From the NCBI GenBank assembly GCA_963783305.1, contig CAWAMW010000016.1:544001-608000 (forward strand): a stretch of 64,000 nucleotides of DNA, written 5' to 3'. Each line of letters starts with the position of its first letter. The stretch's first letter is position 1. A program made the position numbers and the translations under genes. Source of the stretch: an uncultured Gemmatimonadales bacterium. Lineage in GTDB: Bacteria; Gemmatimonadota; Gemmatimonadetes; Longimicrobiales; RSA9. Of the stretch, positions 9,174-17,689 are shown in pieces. The notes beneath the pieces are model-generated. The model saw nothing but the letters and a program-made list of their open reading frames with translations. It did not search any database and was not told the origin of the DNA.

Positions 9174-10025
9174 CTACGGTGCGACCGTTGCCGGAGCGAT
9201 CCAGCGGACGTCGATGGTGCCGAACGCGCCCTCGACCTTCACGGTGAGGTGGTGTTCGGCGGTCTCCCAGTTCTGGGAGTAGTGACTCCCGTCCCTCTTG
9301 TGGAAGCCGGTACCGTTGAAATCGGCGAGGAAGGTATCCTTGTCGACCCGGACTCCCACGTTCTCGGGCACGCGCAGCGTCAGACTGCCCAGTGCGATGG
9401 TCACCTCCGCGGCCATGTCGCGCTGCCAGGCACCCGAGAAATCCAGCGTGAGATCGCCCACGCCCCCTTCGGCCCTGACCCGGGCGCAGTTCGCGTTGCC
9501 GAGGCCCCGTGCCTCCAGCGCCGCGGCACCCATCTGGATCCGCAGCGACTCGCACGCCACGCGGTTCGGCTCCGAGAACCGGATCTCAGTCTCGCTCGCG
9601 CCCGTTTCAATGTCGGCGCGCGCCAGCCTGAGGCCGCCCAGCTCGATATCGGCCTCCACCGCACCGAAATCGAGGTCCAGGTCGAGCGGGACGTCCGGCG
9701 ACAGCGCAAGCTTCATCTTCCCGGATTCCGTGTTCCGGATCTTGATCCCCTTCCCGCGGCCCTCGACCCCCACCTCCAGACGACCGCTACGGTAATCCGT
9801 CACCGGTTCGAACGTGTCCGAGTCGTAGCGGATGTCGGTGCGGTAGAGCTCCCCGGCCCCGCCCGGCAGGATCGACAGCATGCCGGCGCCATAGCGTACG
9901 TGCACGTCCAGGCGGGACTCCTGCGCGCGCTGCCGGAAGGACGTCACGTTCCTCCAGTCCTGAGCGCGGGCCTGAACCGGGACCATGCCCAGTGCCAGCC
10001 CGGCGATCAGCATTTGCCTAAACAT
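9174..10025 (-). CDS. exported toast-rack / LiaF-like beta-solenoid protein
   Basis: signal peptide ending ARA; repeated beta units (YGAG.L.I, FGAVEADI, TGASETEI, MGAA.LE, GGVGDLTL, ALGSLTL). Confidence 0.7.
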   Translation of the reverse strand: MFRQMLIAGLALGMVPVQARAQDWRNVTSFRQRAQESRLDVHVRYGAGMLSILPGGAGELYRTDIRYDSDTFEPVTDYRSGRLEVGVEGRGKGIKIRNTESGKMKLALSPDVPLDLDLDFGAVEADIELGGLRLARADIETGASETEIRFSEPNRVACESLRIQMGAAALEARGLGNANCARVRAEGGVGDLTLDFSGAWQRDMAAEVTIALGSLTLRVPENVGVRVDKDTFLADFNGTGFHKRDGSHYSQNWETAEHHLTVKVEGAFGTIDVRWIAPATVAP

Positions 10026-11370
10026 TCATCGTCTCCTCACCGACGATCGGCTCCGGCACCTCGCCCAGCGGACGCGTGCCGCCGCGCGAGATCAGGAAGG
10101 CGCCGAACCCGATCGTGAACGCGGCCCAGGTCAGCATCACCGCCATGAAGGTCAGCAGCCCCTGGAGGAAGCCGAGCCATGGCCCCGCCATGCTGACGAA
10201 ATGTGCCGCCAGGTACAGCACTACCAGCAGACCGACACCCGTCACCACGTAGTAGTAGGAGTTCGCACGCGTGAACCAGTCATCCCCCGTGAACCGCCGC
10301 TCCGCCAGCGCCTCGCCGGCGCCGTGCGCCACGGCCAGGTAGCCCCCGATCGCCGCCAGCACCACGGCCACCGGGAAGAGCGGCGCGAACACCAGGATCA
10401 GCGGGATCCCGACGATCGAGATCGCCAGGGCCAGCAGTCCCAGGATGTACGCAGGCAGTACCAGGAATGAGCCGGCCAGCCCCACGAGCCCGGAGCGCAG
10501 CGTCTGGTGTCGCGCCGTGTCGGCGATCCCCTCGAGATAGCTCCGGCCGAAGAACACGGCCAGGAAGCCGAGCCCCACCAGTATCCCGTACGCCATCAGG
10601 GTAGAGAACACACCGCCAAGACCGCGGATGATCGGTCGCCACGGAGACGACCACTGGTCCATCCAGCTGCTCTCGTTCCTCATTTCCGACCGCAGCTCGT
10701 CCCGCATCTCCGACCGCACGCTCCGCTCCACTTCACGCCGCAGCTCGCGTAGTGCCGGGATGTTCAGGTTCTCCAAGTCCTCCAGGTTCTCCAGCTGCTC
10801 GAGCCGCTTCAGCTGGTCGAGCCCTTCCAGTGCATTCAGCGCCTCTGGATCCTCGATCAGGCGCTCCATCTCGCGGAGTCGCTCGTTCAGCCGCTGGATG
10901 CTGTCGGACGCCCCATCGAGCTCCACCGGCGCGGCGGTGGGCGCAGGCGCCTGATCCCGCGCATTCCGAACCGCCGCCTCCAGCTCGCGGTCCAGGCGGC
11001 GAGCCACCGCCGACCCGCCCGACGGCGGCTCCCAGTCCACCAGCAGGTCTGGCAGCGCTGCGGTGGGCGCGTCCATCGCTCGCTGGAGCAGGTCTCGCCA
11101 CGCGCTGTCGAGAGCGTCCCGCCTCTCGTACGTGCCGATTCTCTCGCCGTTCAGCCGGACCGCGCCCTCGTCATCCAGGGTGAGCGTGAGCCGCTTCCCT
11201 GCCGCGAGCTCGAGCTCCATCTGAGCACCCTCGCTCGAAACCGCGATGTCGCTGGACAGGATCGGTGTGACCGGTGCGGCCGGTGCCTCCTGCGCGCCCA
11301 CGGGCGTCGCGAGGACCGTCGCGGCGATCAGGATCGGGACCAGACAGGTATCAAAAGACATACGTCGCAT
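10018..11370 (-). CDS. signal peptide + coiled-coil + multi-pass membrane protein of unknown function
   Basis: signal peptide, LExLExLE-rich coiled region, about 5 C-terminal TM helices; start 11370 with GGAG RBS. Confidence 0.75.
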   Translation of the reverse strand: MRRMSFDTCLVPILIAATVLATPVGAQEAPAAPVTPILSSDIAVSSEGAQMELELAAGKRLTLTLDDEGAVRLNGERIGTYERRDALDSAWRDLLQRAMDAPTAALPDLLVDWEPPSGGSAVARRLDRELEAAVRNARDQAPAPTAAPVELDGASDSIQRLNERLREMERLIEDPEALNALEGLDQLKRLEQLENLEDLENLNIPALRELRREVERSVRSEMRDELRSEMRNESSWMDQWSSPWRPIIRGLGGVFSTLMAYGILVGLGFLAVFFGRSYLEGIADTARHQTLRSGLVGLAGSFLVLPAYILGLLALAISIVGIPLILVFAPLFPVAVVLAAIGGYLAVAHGAGEALAERRFTGDDWFTRANSYYYVVTGVGLLVVLYLAAHFVSMAGPWLGFLQGLLTFMAVMLTWAAFTIGFGAFLISRGGTRPLGEVPEPIVGEETMNV

Positions 11371-11995
11371 GTTCGGTTCTCCGCGATTCCGAGCGGAACA
11401 GGTTCTGATAGAGCACATATGTGGAGCCTGCTGTGATCGTGGCGAAGAGGACCGCCGCCAGGCCGATCTCTCCTCGTCCCACCGTCTGCACCAATGCCGC
11501 GGCCTGCGTCAGCCACGCCGCCAGCGAAGTGCCGGCGAACTCCGCCCACGCCCACTGCCAGCCGCTGCTCGCGGCCCGACCCACCAGGTCGCTGGACAGC
11601 GACCAGAGGCCCTGCGGTGTCACACCCGGCTGCGACATCACCCACGAGACGAGCAGGGTGGCCCCGACGACAGGTAGTGCGAGCAGCGCCGCTGCCGCCG
11701 CCCAGCCGCGGGTGGTGTGCGGAGTTACCCGCTCGACCCAGGCTGTGGCCCCGGCGAACGCTTCTCGCCGCACCCGCACCTGCGCCATCACGCTGTCTGC
11801 GAATGCCACCGAAGGCGCGAACTGCTGTAGAGTGGAGAGGGCTCCGAACAGCGAGCTCAGCTCCTCCACCTCCACACGGCAGTCGGGGCACGAAGTGACG
11901 TGCGCTTCCACCACGCGCCGCTGCCCTTCGTCGAGAGCATTCTCGACAAACGACTCCAGCCGCTCCGGGGTGGGATGATTCAGCATGTCGTTCAC
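11351..11995 (-). CDS. zinc-finger (zf-HC2) transmembrane anti-sigma factor
   Basis: HVTSCPDC (HxxxCxxC), TM helices, directly downstream of the ECF sigma. Confidence 0.85.
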   Translation of the reverse strand: MNDMLNHPTPERLESFVENALDEGQRRVVEAHVTSCPDCRVEVEELSSLFGALSTLQQFAPSVAFADSVMAQVRVRREAFAGATAWVERVTPHTTRGWAAAAALLALPVVGATLLVSWVMSQPGVTPQGLWSLSSDLVGRAASSGWQWAWAEFAGTSLAAWLTQAAALVQTVGRGEIGLAAVLFATITAGSTYVLYQNLFRSESRRTEHATYVF

Positions 11996-12029
11996 TTCCG
12001 TCGCTCCAGTCCTCGTGTCCGTCGTACCC

Positions 12030-12056
12030 TACGGGGGCACGCCCGTGAGAGTTTCA
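12030..12056 (-). promoter_or_regulatory. ECF (SigW-type) promoter overlapping the sigma stop codon
   Basis: TGAAAC-N17-CGTA; the TGA is the sigma stop. Confidence 0.65.
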
Positions 12057-12644
12057 CGTTCTCAGATGCTGCAGATTTTCGCGTAATTCGTTGCGCCCGC
12101 AATGGATATAGGTCTTCACCGTACCGAGGGGCAGGTCCATGATCTCGGCGATCTCGTCGTAGGGCCGCCCTTCCACGTGCCAAAGCAGGATTGCCTCCCT
12201 GTACTGGGGCCTCAGCTGTGCGATCGCCGCCTCGATTTCCGTCCCGATTTCCTGGCTTTGAGCGTACTGCTCCGGGTCCAGCCCCGTACTGGCAGGCGTG
12301 AACGAGGTGGCTTCCGCCTGCTCCTGCGTGCGCGCGTGCGGAGAGCCGTCCAGCGACAGGGTGTTCACCTCCTTCTTCCGGAGGTGATCGATCGTCGTAT
12401 TGTGCGCGATCTTGAAAATCCAGCTGCTGAACTTGTACGAAGGGTCGTAGCGGTCGAGGGCGTTCAGCACCTTCACGAACGTGTCCTGGGCGAGGTCTTC
12501 GGACAACTCGCGGTCGCGGACCATGCGGTAGATGACGCTGAAGACCGGTCGCTCGTAGCGGCGGATCAGCTCCCGGAACGCCGATTCACGCCCTGCACGG
12601 GCGTGCTCGATGACGTCCTTGTCGGACAGCTGCGCGTAATCCAC
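12054..12644 (-). CDS. ECF RNA polymerase sigma factor (SigW-like)
   Basis: EDLAQDTFVK, KFSSWIFKIAHN..IDHLRK, YDEIAEIMDLPLGTVKT; GTG start with AGGAG RBS. Confidence 0.93.
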   Translation of the reverse strand: MDYAQLSDKDVIEHARAGRESAFRELIRRYERPVFSVIYRMVRDRELSEDLAQDTFVKVLNALDRYDPSYKFSSWIFKIAHNTTIDHLRKKEVNTLSLDGSPHARTQEQAEATSFTPASTGLDPEQYAQSQEIGTEIEAAIAQLRPQYREAILLWHVEGRPYDEIAEIMDLPLGTVKTYIHCGRNELRENLQHLRT

Positions 12645-12679
12645 CGTCTCCTGCGGTTCATTCGGGCCCCGTCCATCCC

Positions 12680-12706
12680 TACGCGGATCGCGGGCGGTCG
12701 GTTTCA
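12680..12706 (-). promoter_or_regulatory. ECF (SigW-type) autoregulatory promoter
   Basis: TGAAAC-N17-CGTA about 35 bp upstream of the sigma start. Confidence 0.7.
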
Positions 12707-12896
12707 GCGCGCGTGCCCGAAGACCCTGGGGGGGCGTACCTTCGGCGGCACGGGCAATCCTCCAATGTATGATGGCGGTCGCGAGCGCGCGACGCTGACG
12801 CGCGGAGTGGGCGCGGGGGTGCGGGGGCGCGGTGGTGTCGGTGTTGCAGGGGACGAAGGACTCGACAGGGGTCCAGGACGAGGAACGGGTGAACGG

Positions 12897-13379
12897 ATGC
12901 GAATCGGGCTGATCAGCGACACACATGGCCGTCTCAGGAACGAGGTGTACGATCTGTTCGACGGCGTGGAGCACATCCTCCATGCCGGCGATGTAGGTCC
13001 CCCGGATCTCCTGGTGGAGCTCGAGGCCATCGCGCCGGTCACGGCGGTGTACGGAAACACGGATGGGTTCCCGCTGCGGGAGCGCACGACCAATGTGGCG
13101 GTCCTCGATCTGGATGGGCATCGGGTGGTGGTGCTGCACGGGGACAAGCTCGGATCGCCCACACCCGAGCGGCTCCGGCTGTCACACCCGGACGCGCGGG
13201 TGATCGTATACGGCCACACACACCGCCCGCTCGTGGATGAGACGGAGGGCATCCTGGTGGTCAATCCGGGCTCCGCGGGAGCGGCCCGGTTCGGCATTCC
13301 TCCGTCGGTCGGCATCCTGACGCTCGGCGACGTCGTGAGCGTGGAGCTGCTGCAGCTGCCGGGTTCGCCCGGTCAGTAG
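12897..13379 (+). CDS. YfcE/MJ0936 family metallophosphoesterase
   Basis: ISDTHG, HAGDV, GNTD, HG, GHTH, NPGS. Confidence 0.9.
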   Translation: MRIGLISDTHGRLRNEVYDLFDGVEHILHAGDVGPPDLLVELEAIAPVTAVYGNTDGFPLRERTTNVAVLDLDGHRVVVLHGDKLGSPTPERLRLSHPDARVIVYGHTHRPLVDETEGILVVNPGSAGAARFGIPPSVGILTLGDVVSVELLQLPGSPGQ

Positions 13380-13831
13380 GCGTGGTCTTCCAGGTCGGGC
13401 TCGCGAGCGAGCTCCAGCAGCGCCGACCGTGGATCTTCGCATTCCTCGAGCCGTGACCGCAGCCGTCTGAAGGTCTGGCGCAGGCGCCGCTCGCGCTCGG
13501 CCATGGCCGGCTCCGGTGGCGCGTCGACCCACTCCGGCTCCGTGGCATCGGACGCCTCCACGTCCGGGCTGGCGCTCGTGAGGGGGCGTACGCTCAGGCC
13601 GTCGAGGACGAGCGCCAGGCCGTATGCCGGCTCCAGGCGCTCTTCGCGGGCGATGTCATACGCCTGCTCGGCCAGGGGCCGCTCCAGTCCGCGGTCTTCG
13701 GCCTCGTCGACGAGCCGCTCCCGGCGCTGCTCCTCCGCTCCGCCGAGTGCTTCGACGGTCCGGAGCAGCTCGTCCACCCGCGCCCCGGCCCTGGCGGCCT
13801 CTTCGTCCTGGCTGTCTTGATGATTTCTCAT
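13373..13831 (-). CDS. hypothetical acidic helical protein
   Basis: 152-aa ORF filling the gap, co-oriented with the upstream nuclease gene; no family motif recognised. Confidence 0.6.
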   Translation of the reverse strand: MRNHQDSQDEEAARAGARVDELLRTVEALGGAEEQRRERLVDEAEDRGLERPLAEQAYDIAREERLEPAYGLALVLDGLSVRPLTSASPDVEASDATEPEWVDAPPEPAMAERERRLRQTFRRLRSRLEECEDPRSALLELAREPDLEDHAY

Positions 13832-13874
13832 GGCCGCCGTCCGGTGCAAGCGGCGTACCTTCCACGGACGGATC

Positions 13875-14969
13875 TCACGGAGCCGTGAGCCGCCGGGCCT
13901 CCCCCGGGTTACGTCGGAACCAGCGCTCGACGAGCAGCATTTCGGCGATCCCATCGTGGCCGATTCGAGGCTCGGGAGCGGGAGGGGTGCGGAGGATCTG
14001 ATCCACCCTTCGGCTGAGCTCCCTCCGCTCCAGGCGGTTTTGTGGCGGCGGCAGCTCGGCCATCACGAGACCGCGTTGCAGGACGTAGATCCGGTCCTCC
14101 CCGCCGTGGCCGGGAACGGTGTAGAGCGCAGAGAGTCGGTCCAGCGCGCGGTCCATCCGGACGAGCGAGGACCGCAGGCTTCGGAGCGCCTCCATCCTCT
14201 CGAGGACGACGGCCGCATACTCGAACAGCCAACGCTCCATCGCACGATCCAGGTGCCGCTGCAACCGGATCAGCGGCTCGTTGCTCTCCCCGCGCAGGAA
14301 CGAGCGCGCCGTTTCCAGCCGCTGTGCGTATTCCCGCTCCGTACAGCCGCCCGCGCAGGGCGCCACGCACCGATGGAACTCCGCCCGTGCGCAGAGCGGG
14401 ACGTACTCCGAGCCGAACAGCTCCGTCTGGTCCGCAAACCGCATGGGCGTGGTCCCGGGGCAGTCCCTGAGCTGGAGCGCGTCTGTCAGCACCCGCACGG
14501 CCTCCCGGACCCGCTCCGCCCCCAGCAGCGGCCCGAAGTACTCGGAGCCGTCATCGACCGGTCTCGTCGTAGCGAGAATCCGCGCTGCCGGCTCCTTCGG
14601 CACCCGAACGAAACAGACCGCCCGCTCCTTCTTGTGCTGGACGTTGAACGGAGGTCGTATCCGGCGGATCTGTCGGAACTCGCCCAGCAGCGCCGAGAAC
14701 TCGTTCGCGTGGTCGTCCCACTCCACCCGCTCCGTGAAGCCCAGGATCTCCGCGGCCTTCTCGCTCGGGTCCGCACGGAAGTAGCTCAACAGCCGACTGC
14801 GCACGCGGATCGACTTCCCGACGTACAGCACCTGCCCCCCGGGCCCCAGCATCCGGTACACGCCCGGCCGGTTCTCCGCATGCGACCGTACGTGCTCCCG
14901 GAGCGCCGGATCCGGTGCGGGGGCGGCGCGAACGGGCGCGGTGTGTGGTTTCGCGTGGGTGGAGTTCAT
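13875..14969 (-). CDS. UvrC N-terminal-like (Cho-like) GIY-YIG nuclease with UVR domain
   Basis: PGVYRM..VLYVGKSIRVRSRLLSYF, PPFNV, LRDC...C...C..PC, FEYAAVV; lacks UvrC RNase H and HhH domains. Confidence 0.8.
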   Translation of the reverse strand: MNSTHAKPHTAPVRAAPAPDPALREHVRSHAENRPGVYRMLGPGGQVLYVGKSIRVRSRLLSYFRADPSEKAAEILGFTERVEWDDHANEFSALLGEFRQIRRIRPPFNVQHKKERAVCFVRVPKEPAARILATTRPVDDGSEYFGPLLGAERVREAVRVLTDALQLRDCPGTTPMRFADQTELFGSEYVPLCARAEFHRCVAPCAGGCTEREYAQRLETARSFLRGESNEPLIRLQRHLDRAMERWLFEYAAVVLERMEALRSLRSSLVRMDRALDRLSALYTVPGHGGEDRIYVLQRGLVMAELPPPQNRLERRELSRRVDQILRTPPAPEPRIGHDGIAEMLLVERWFRRNPGEARRLTAP

Positions 14970-14987
14970 GGCGTCTGAAGTTTCAAC

Positions 14988-15004
14988 TTTCGGCCTTTGT
15001 TCGG
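14988..15004. promoter_or_regulatory. candidate SOS/LexA operator (direct repeat)
   Basis: TTTCGGCCTTTGTTCGG, 14/17 identical to the box at the recA promoter. Confidence 0.55.
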
Positions 15005-15094
15005 CAAGGGCCGTGGGCGCGGGGGTCGCGCGCCACGGGAGGGTCCCCCTATCATCCAGCCGTTCCCGACCGGAGTCACTCGTACGAATCGCCT

Positions 15095-16279
15095 GTGCCT
15101 GCTCCCACACCGCTCAACGGTCTGCGCGTCCTGGATCTGTGCCAGAACCTGGCGGGGCCCTATGCCACCCAGATCCTGGCCGACTTCGGCGCGGACGTCA
15201 TCAAGGTGGAGCCGCCCGGCGGCGACCCGGCGCGGCTGTGGGGCCCGCCGTTCATGGATGGAGAGAGCCCGCTGTACCTGTGCGCGAATCGGAACAAGCG
15301 GAGCGTGGTACTGGACCTCCAGGCGGAGGCGGGGCGAGAGGCGCTGCGGCGGCTCGCGCGGCGGTCGCACGTGTTTGCGCAGGCGTTCCGGTCCGGAGTG
15401 ATGGAGCGGCTGGGGTTCGGGTACGAGGAGGTGCGAGCGCTCCGTCCGGATGTCATCTACGTGTCCGTGACCGCGTTCGGCACCGCGGGTCCGCTCCGCG
15501 AGCATCCCGGCTACGACCCGCTCATGCAGGCGTACGCGGGGCTGATGTCGGTCACGGGTCACGAGGGCGCGCCGCCGGCGCGGGTCGGGACGTCTCTGGT
15601 GGACATGGGGACGGGGCTGTGGACGGCGATGGCGGTCCTCGCCGAGGCGGGGCGCCGGGGCTGGTCCGGGGGTCGGAGTGCGGGTGTGGAGGCCGAGGCT
15701 GAGGCCGTGCACATTACGACATCGCTCCTGGACACGTCGCTGGCCTGGATGGCGTATCACCTCCAGGGGCACCTGGCGACGGGCCGGGTGCCGGGCCCGA
15801 GCGGATCGGGGCTGGGCATGATCGCGCCGTACGAGGCGTTCCCAGCGGCGGACGGGAACGTGATGATCGCGGCCGCCAACGACGGTCTTTTCCGCCGACT
15901 TTGCGGCGCACTGGACCTCGCGCAACTGGCGGAGGATCCCCGGTTTGCCGCGAACGCCGATCGCGTGGCGCACCGGGAGGGGCTGGTGGCCGTTCTCACG
16001 GAGCGGACGCGGCGTCTCGATTCCGCCGAGCTGGTGAGGCGGCTGCGGCAGGCGGGGGTGCCGTGCGCGCCGATCCAGGACGTGGGGCAGGTCGTCCGTG
16101 ATGAGCAGGTGGCGGCCTCGGGGATGCTGCGGCGTGTGGCGGAGAGGGAGGCGTACGTAGATGTGGCGCTACCCGTGCGCTGGGACGGCGAACGGGCCGA
16201 CGCCCGTCGGGCTCCTCCTGCCGCGGGAGCGGACACGGCGGAGGTGCTGGCCGAGATTGGAATGACGGAGGGGTCGTGA
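15095..16279 (+). CDS. CaiB/BaiF family III CoA-transferase
   Basis: GLRVLDL..LAGP, GADVIKVEPP, NRNKRS, PGYDPLMQA, APYEAF. Confidence 0.9.
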   Translation: MPAPTPLNGLRVLDLCQNLAGPYATQILADFGADVIKVEPPGGDPARLWGPPFMDGESPLYLCANRNKRSVVLDLQAEAGREALRRLARRSHVFAQAFRSGVMERLGFGYEEVRALRPDVIYVSVTAFGTAGPLREHPGYDPLMQAYAGLMSVTGHEGAPPARVGTSLVDMGTGLWTAMAVLAEAGRRGWSGGRSAGVEAEAEAVHITTSLLDTSLAWMAYHLQGHLATGRVPGPSGSGLGMIAPYEAFPAADGNVMIAAANDGLFRRLCGALDLAQLAEDPRFAANADRVAHREGLVAVLTERTRRLDSAELVRRLRQAGVPCAPIQDVGQVVRDEQVAASGMLRRVAEREAYVDVALPVRWDGERADARRAPPAAGADTAEVLAEIGMTEGS

Positions 16280-16809
16280 GGATCGTAGGCGGAAAATGGG
16301 CGGGCAGGGACCTGGTCTCACCGGGGGGGAGGGTGCGCCCCACTGCCGAAGACCTGCGCGTCCGCTGGATGGATCTCATCGAGGAACACCTGGAGGGGGC
16401 CCGTGTCCTCGACCTGTACGCGGGAACCGGTGCCCTCGGCATCGAGGCACTGTCCCGCGGGGCCCGCTCCGTGGATTTCCTCGAGAACAGTCCGTCGGCG
16501 CTCCACTCGCTGAAGGCCAACGTGGCGGCCGTGAGGGTGAAGGACCGAACGCGGATCTTCAAGCGCGACGCGCTTCGCTGGGTGCAGAAGCTGGACCCCC
16601 ACTCCTACGACCTCGCCTTCGCGGACCCACCGTACGCGTCGAGGCAGTCGGACCGGCTGGTGGAAAGCTGGCAGGCGTCCCCTTTCGCTGGCGTGTTCGT
16701 GGTCGAGCACGCGGCCGACCATCGGCTGCCCCCCGGGGGGCTCACCTACACGTACGGCGACTCCGCGCTGACGCTCTACCGCGTCGACCCGGCCGGCCCG
16801 TCCAGCTGA
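16276..16809 (+). CDS. rsmD: 16S rRNA m2G966 methyltransferase
   Basis: MRIVGG, VRPT, LDLYAGTGALGIEALSRGA, ADPPY. Confidence 0.88.
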   Translation: MRIVGGKWAGRDLVSPGGRVRPTAEDLRVRWMDLIEEHLEGARVLDLYAGTGALGIEALSRGARSVDFLENSPSALHSLKANVAAVRVKDRTRIFKRDALRWVQKLDPHSYDLAFADPPYASRQSDRLVESWQASPFAGVFVVEHAADHRLPPGGLTYTYGDSALTLYRVDPAGPSS

Positions 16810-16870
16810 GCCGAAACCTCCGCGGGGCCGATCAGCGCCACGCGCTCCACCCGAACCCGCTCCGGGTCCT

Positions 16871-17689
16871 TCACCGCTGGCATGCCGGACAGTAGAAGGC
16901 GCTGCGATTCGTCAGCACCGTCCGTTTCACTGGAGTGCCGCAGCGGCGGCAGGGACGGCCCGCGCGGCCATACACTTCGAGGAGCGGCTCGAACCCACCC
17001 GCCTCTCCGGAGCCGTCACGGTAATCGGAGAAGGTGGTGCCGCGGTGCTCAATGGCGCGGGCGAGGACATCACGGAGCGCGTCTCGCAGGCGACCGGCCT
17101 CGGCCCGGGTGATCCGATGGCCCCGGCGCGTGGGCCGGATCTCAGCCCGGAACAGGGCTTCGAGGGCGTAGATGTTCCCTACGCCGGCGACGCGGCGCTG
17201 GTCGAGCAGGAAATTCCGGACCGGTGTGCGGGTCGCTTTCGTGAGCGCCCAGAGTGCATCGGCGGTGAACGCGTCGGACAGGGGCTCGAGCCCGAGCTCC
17301 AGGTCCCGTGCGGCCCATGCCTCGGCGTGGTAGCGCTGGAGCAAACCGAACCGGCGGGTGTCGTCGTAGAGGAGGTTGCGGCCGTCGTCGAGCTCGAACG
17401 CCACCGCGACGTGAGCGAGCTCGCCGGCGCGGGGTGCGTCGCTGGTCACGAGCCGACCGGTCATCCCGAGGTTGACGACGAGGCGGCCGGCGTCGTCGAG
17501 GTGCAGCACGATGTTCTTCCCGCGCCGCCCCACGCCGGTGATGGTGCGACCCACGATGGAGTCCGTGAACGCGTCGGGGGGTGCGGCGAGGACGTCGTCG
17601 TGTGTGACGCGGACCTGGGTAATGCGGCGGCCGGCCAGGCGCGGATCGAGGTCGCGGGCGATGGTCTCCGCCTCGGGCAGCTCCGGCAT
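16871..17689 (-). CDS. mutM: formamidopyrimidine-DNA glycosylase
   Basis: MPELPE, RRGK, LGMTG, GVGNIY, C-terminal Zn finger. Confidence 0.95.
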   Translation of the reverse strand: MPELPEAETIARDLDPRLAGRRITQVRVTHDDVLAAPPDAFTDSIVGRTITGVGRRGKNIVLHLDDAGRLVVNLGMTGRLVTSDAPRAGELAHVAVAFELDDGRNLLYDDTRRFGLLQRYHAEAWAARDLELGLEPLSDAFTADALWALTKATRTPVRNFLLDQRRVAGVGNIYALEALFRAEIRPTRRGHRITRAEAGRLRDALRDVLARAIEHRGTTFSDYRDGSGEAGGFEPLLEVYGRAGRPCRRCGTPVKRTVLTNRSAFYCPACQR

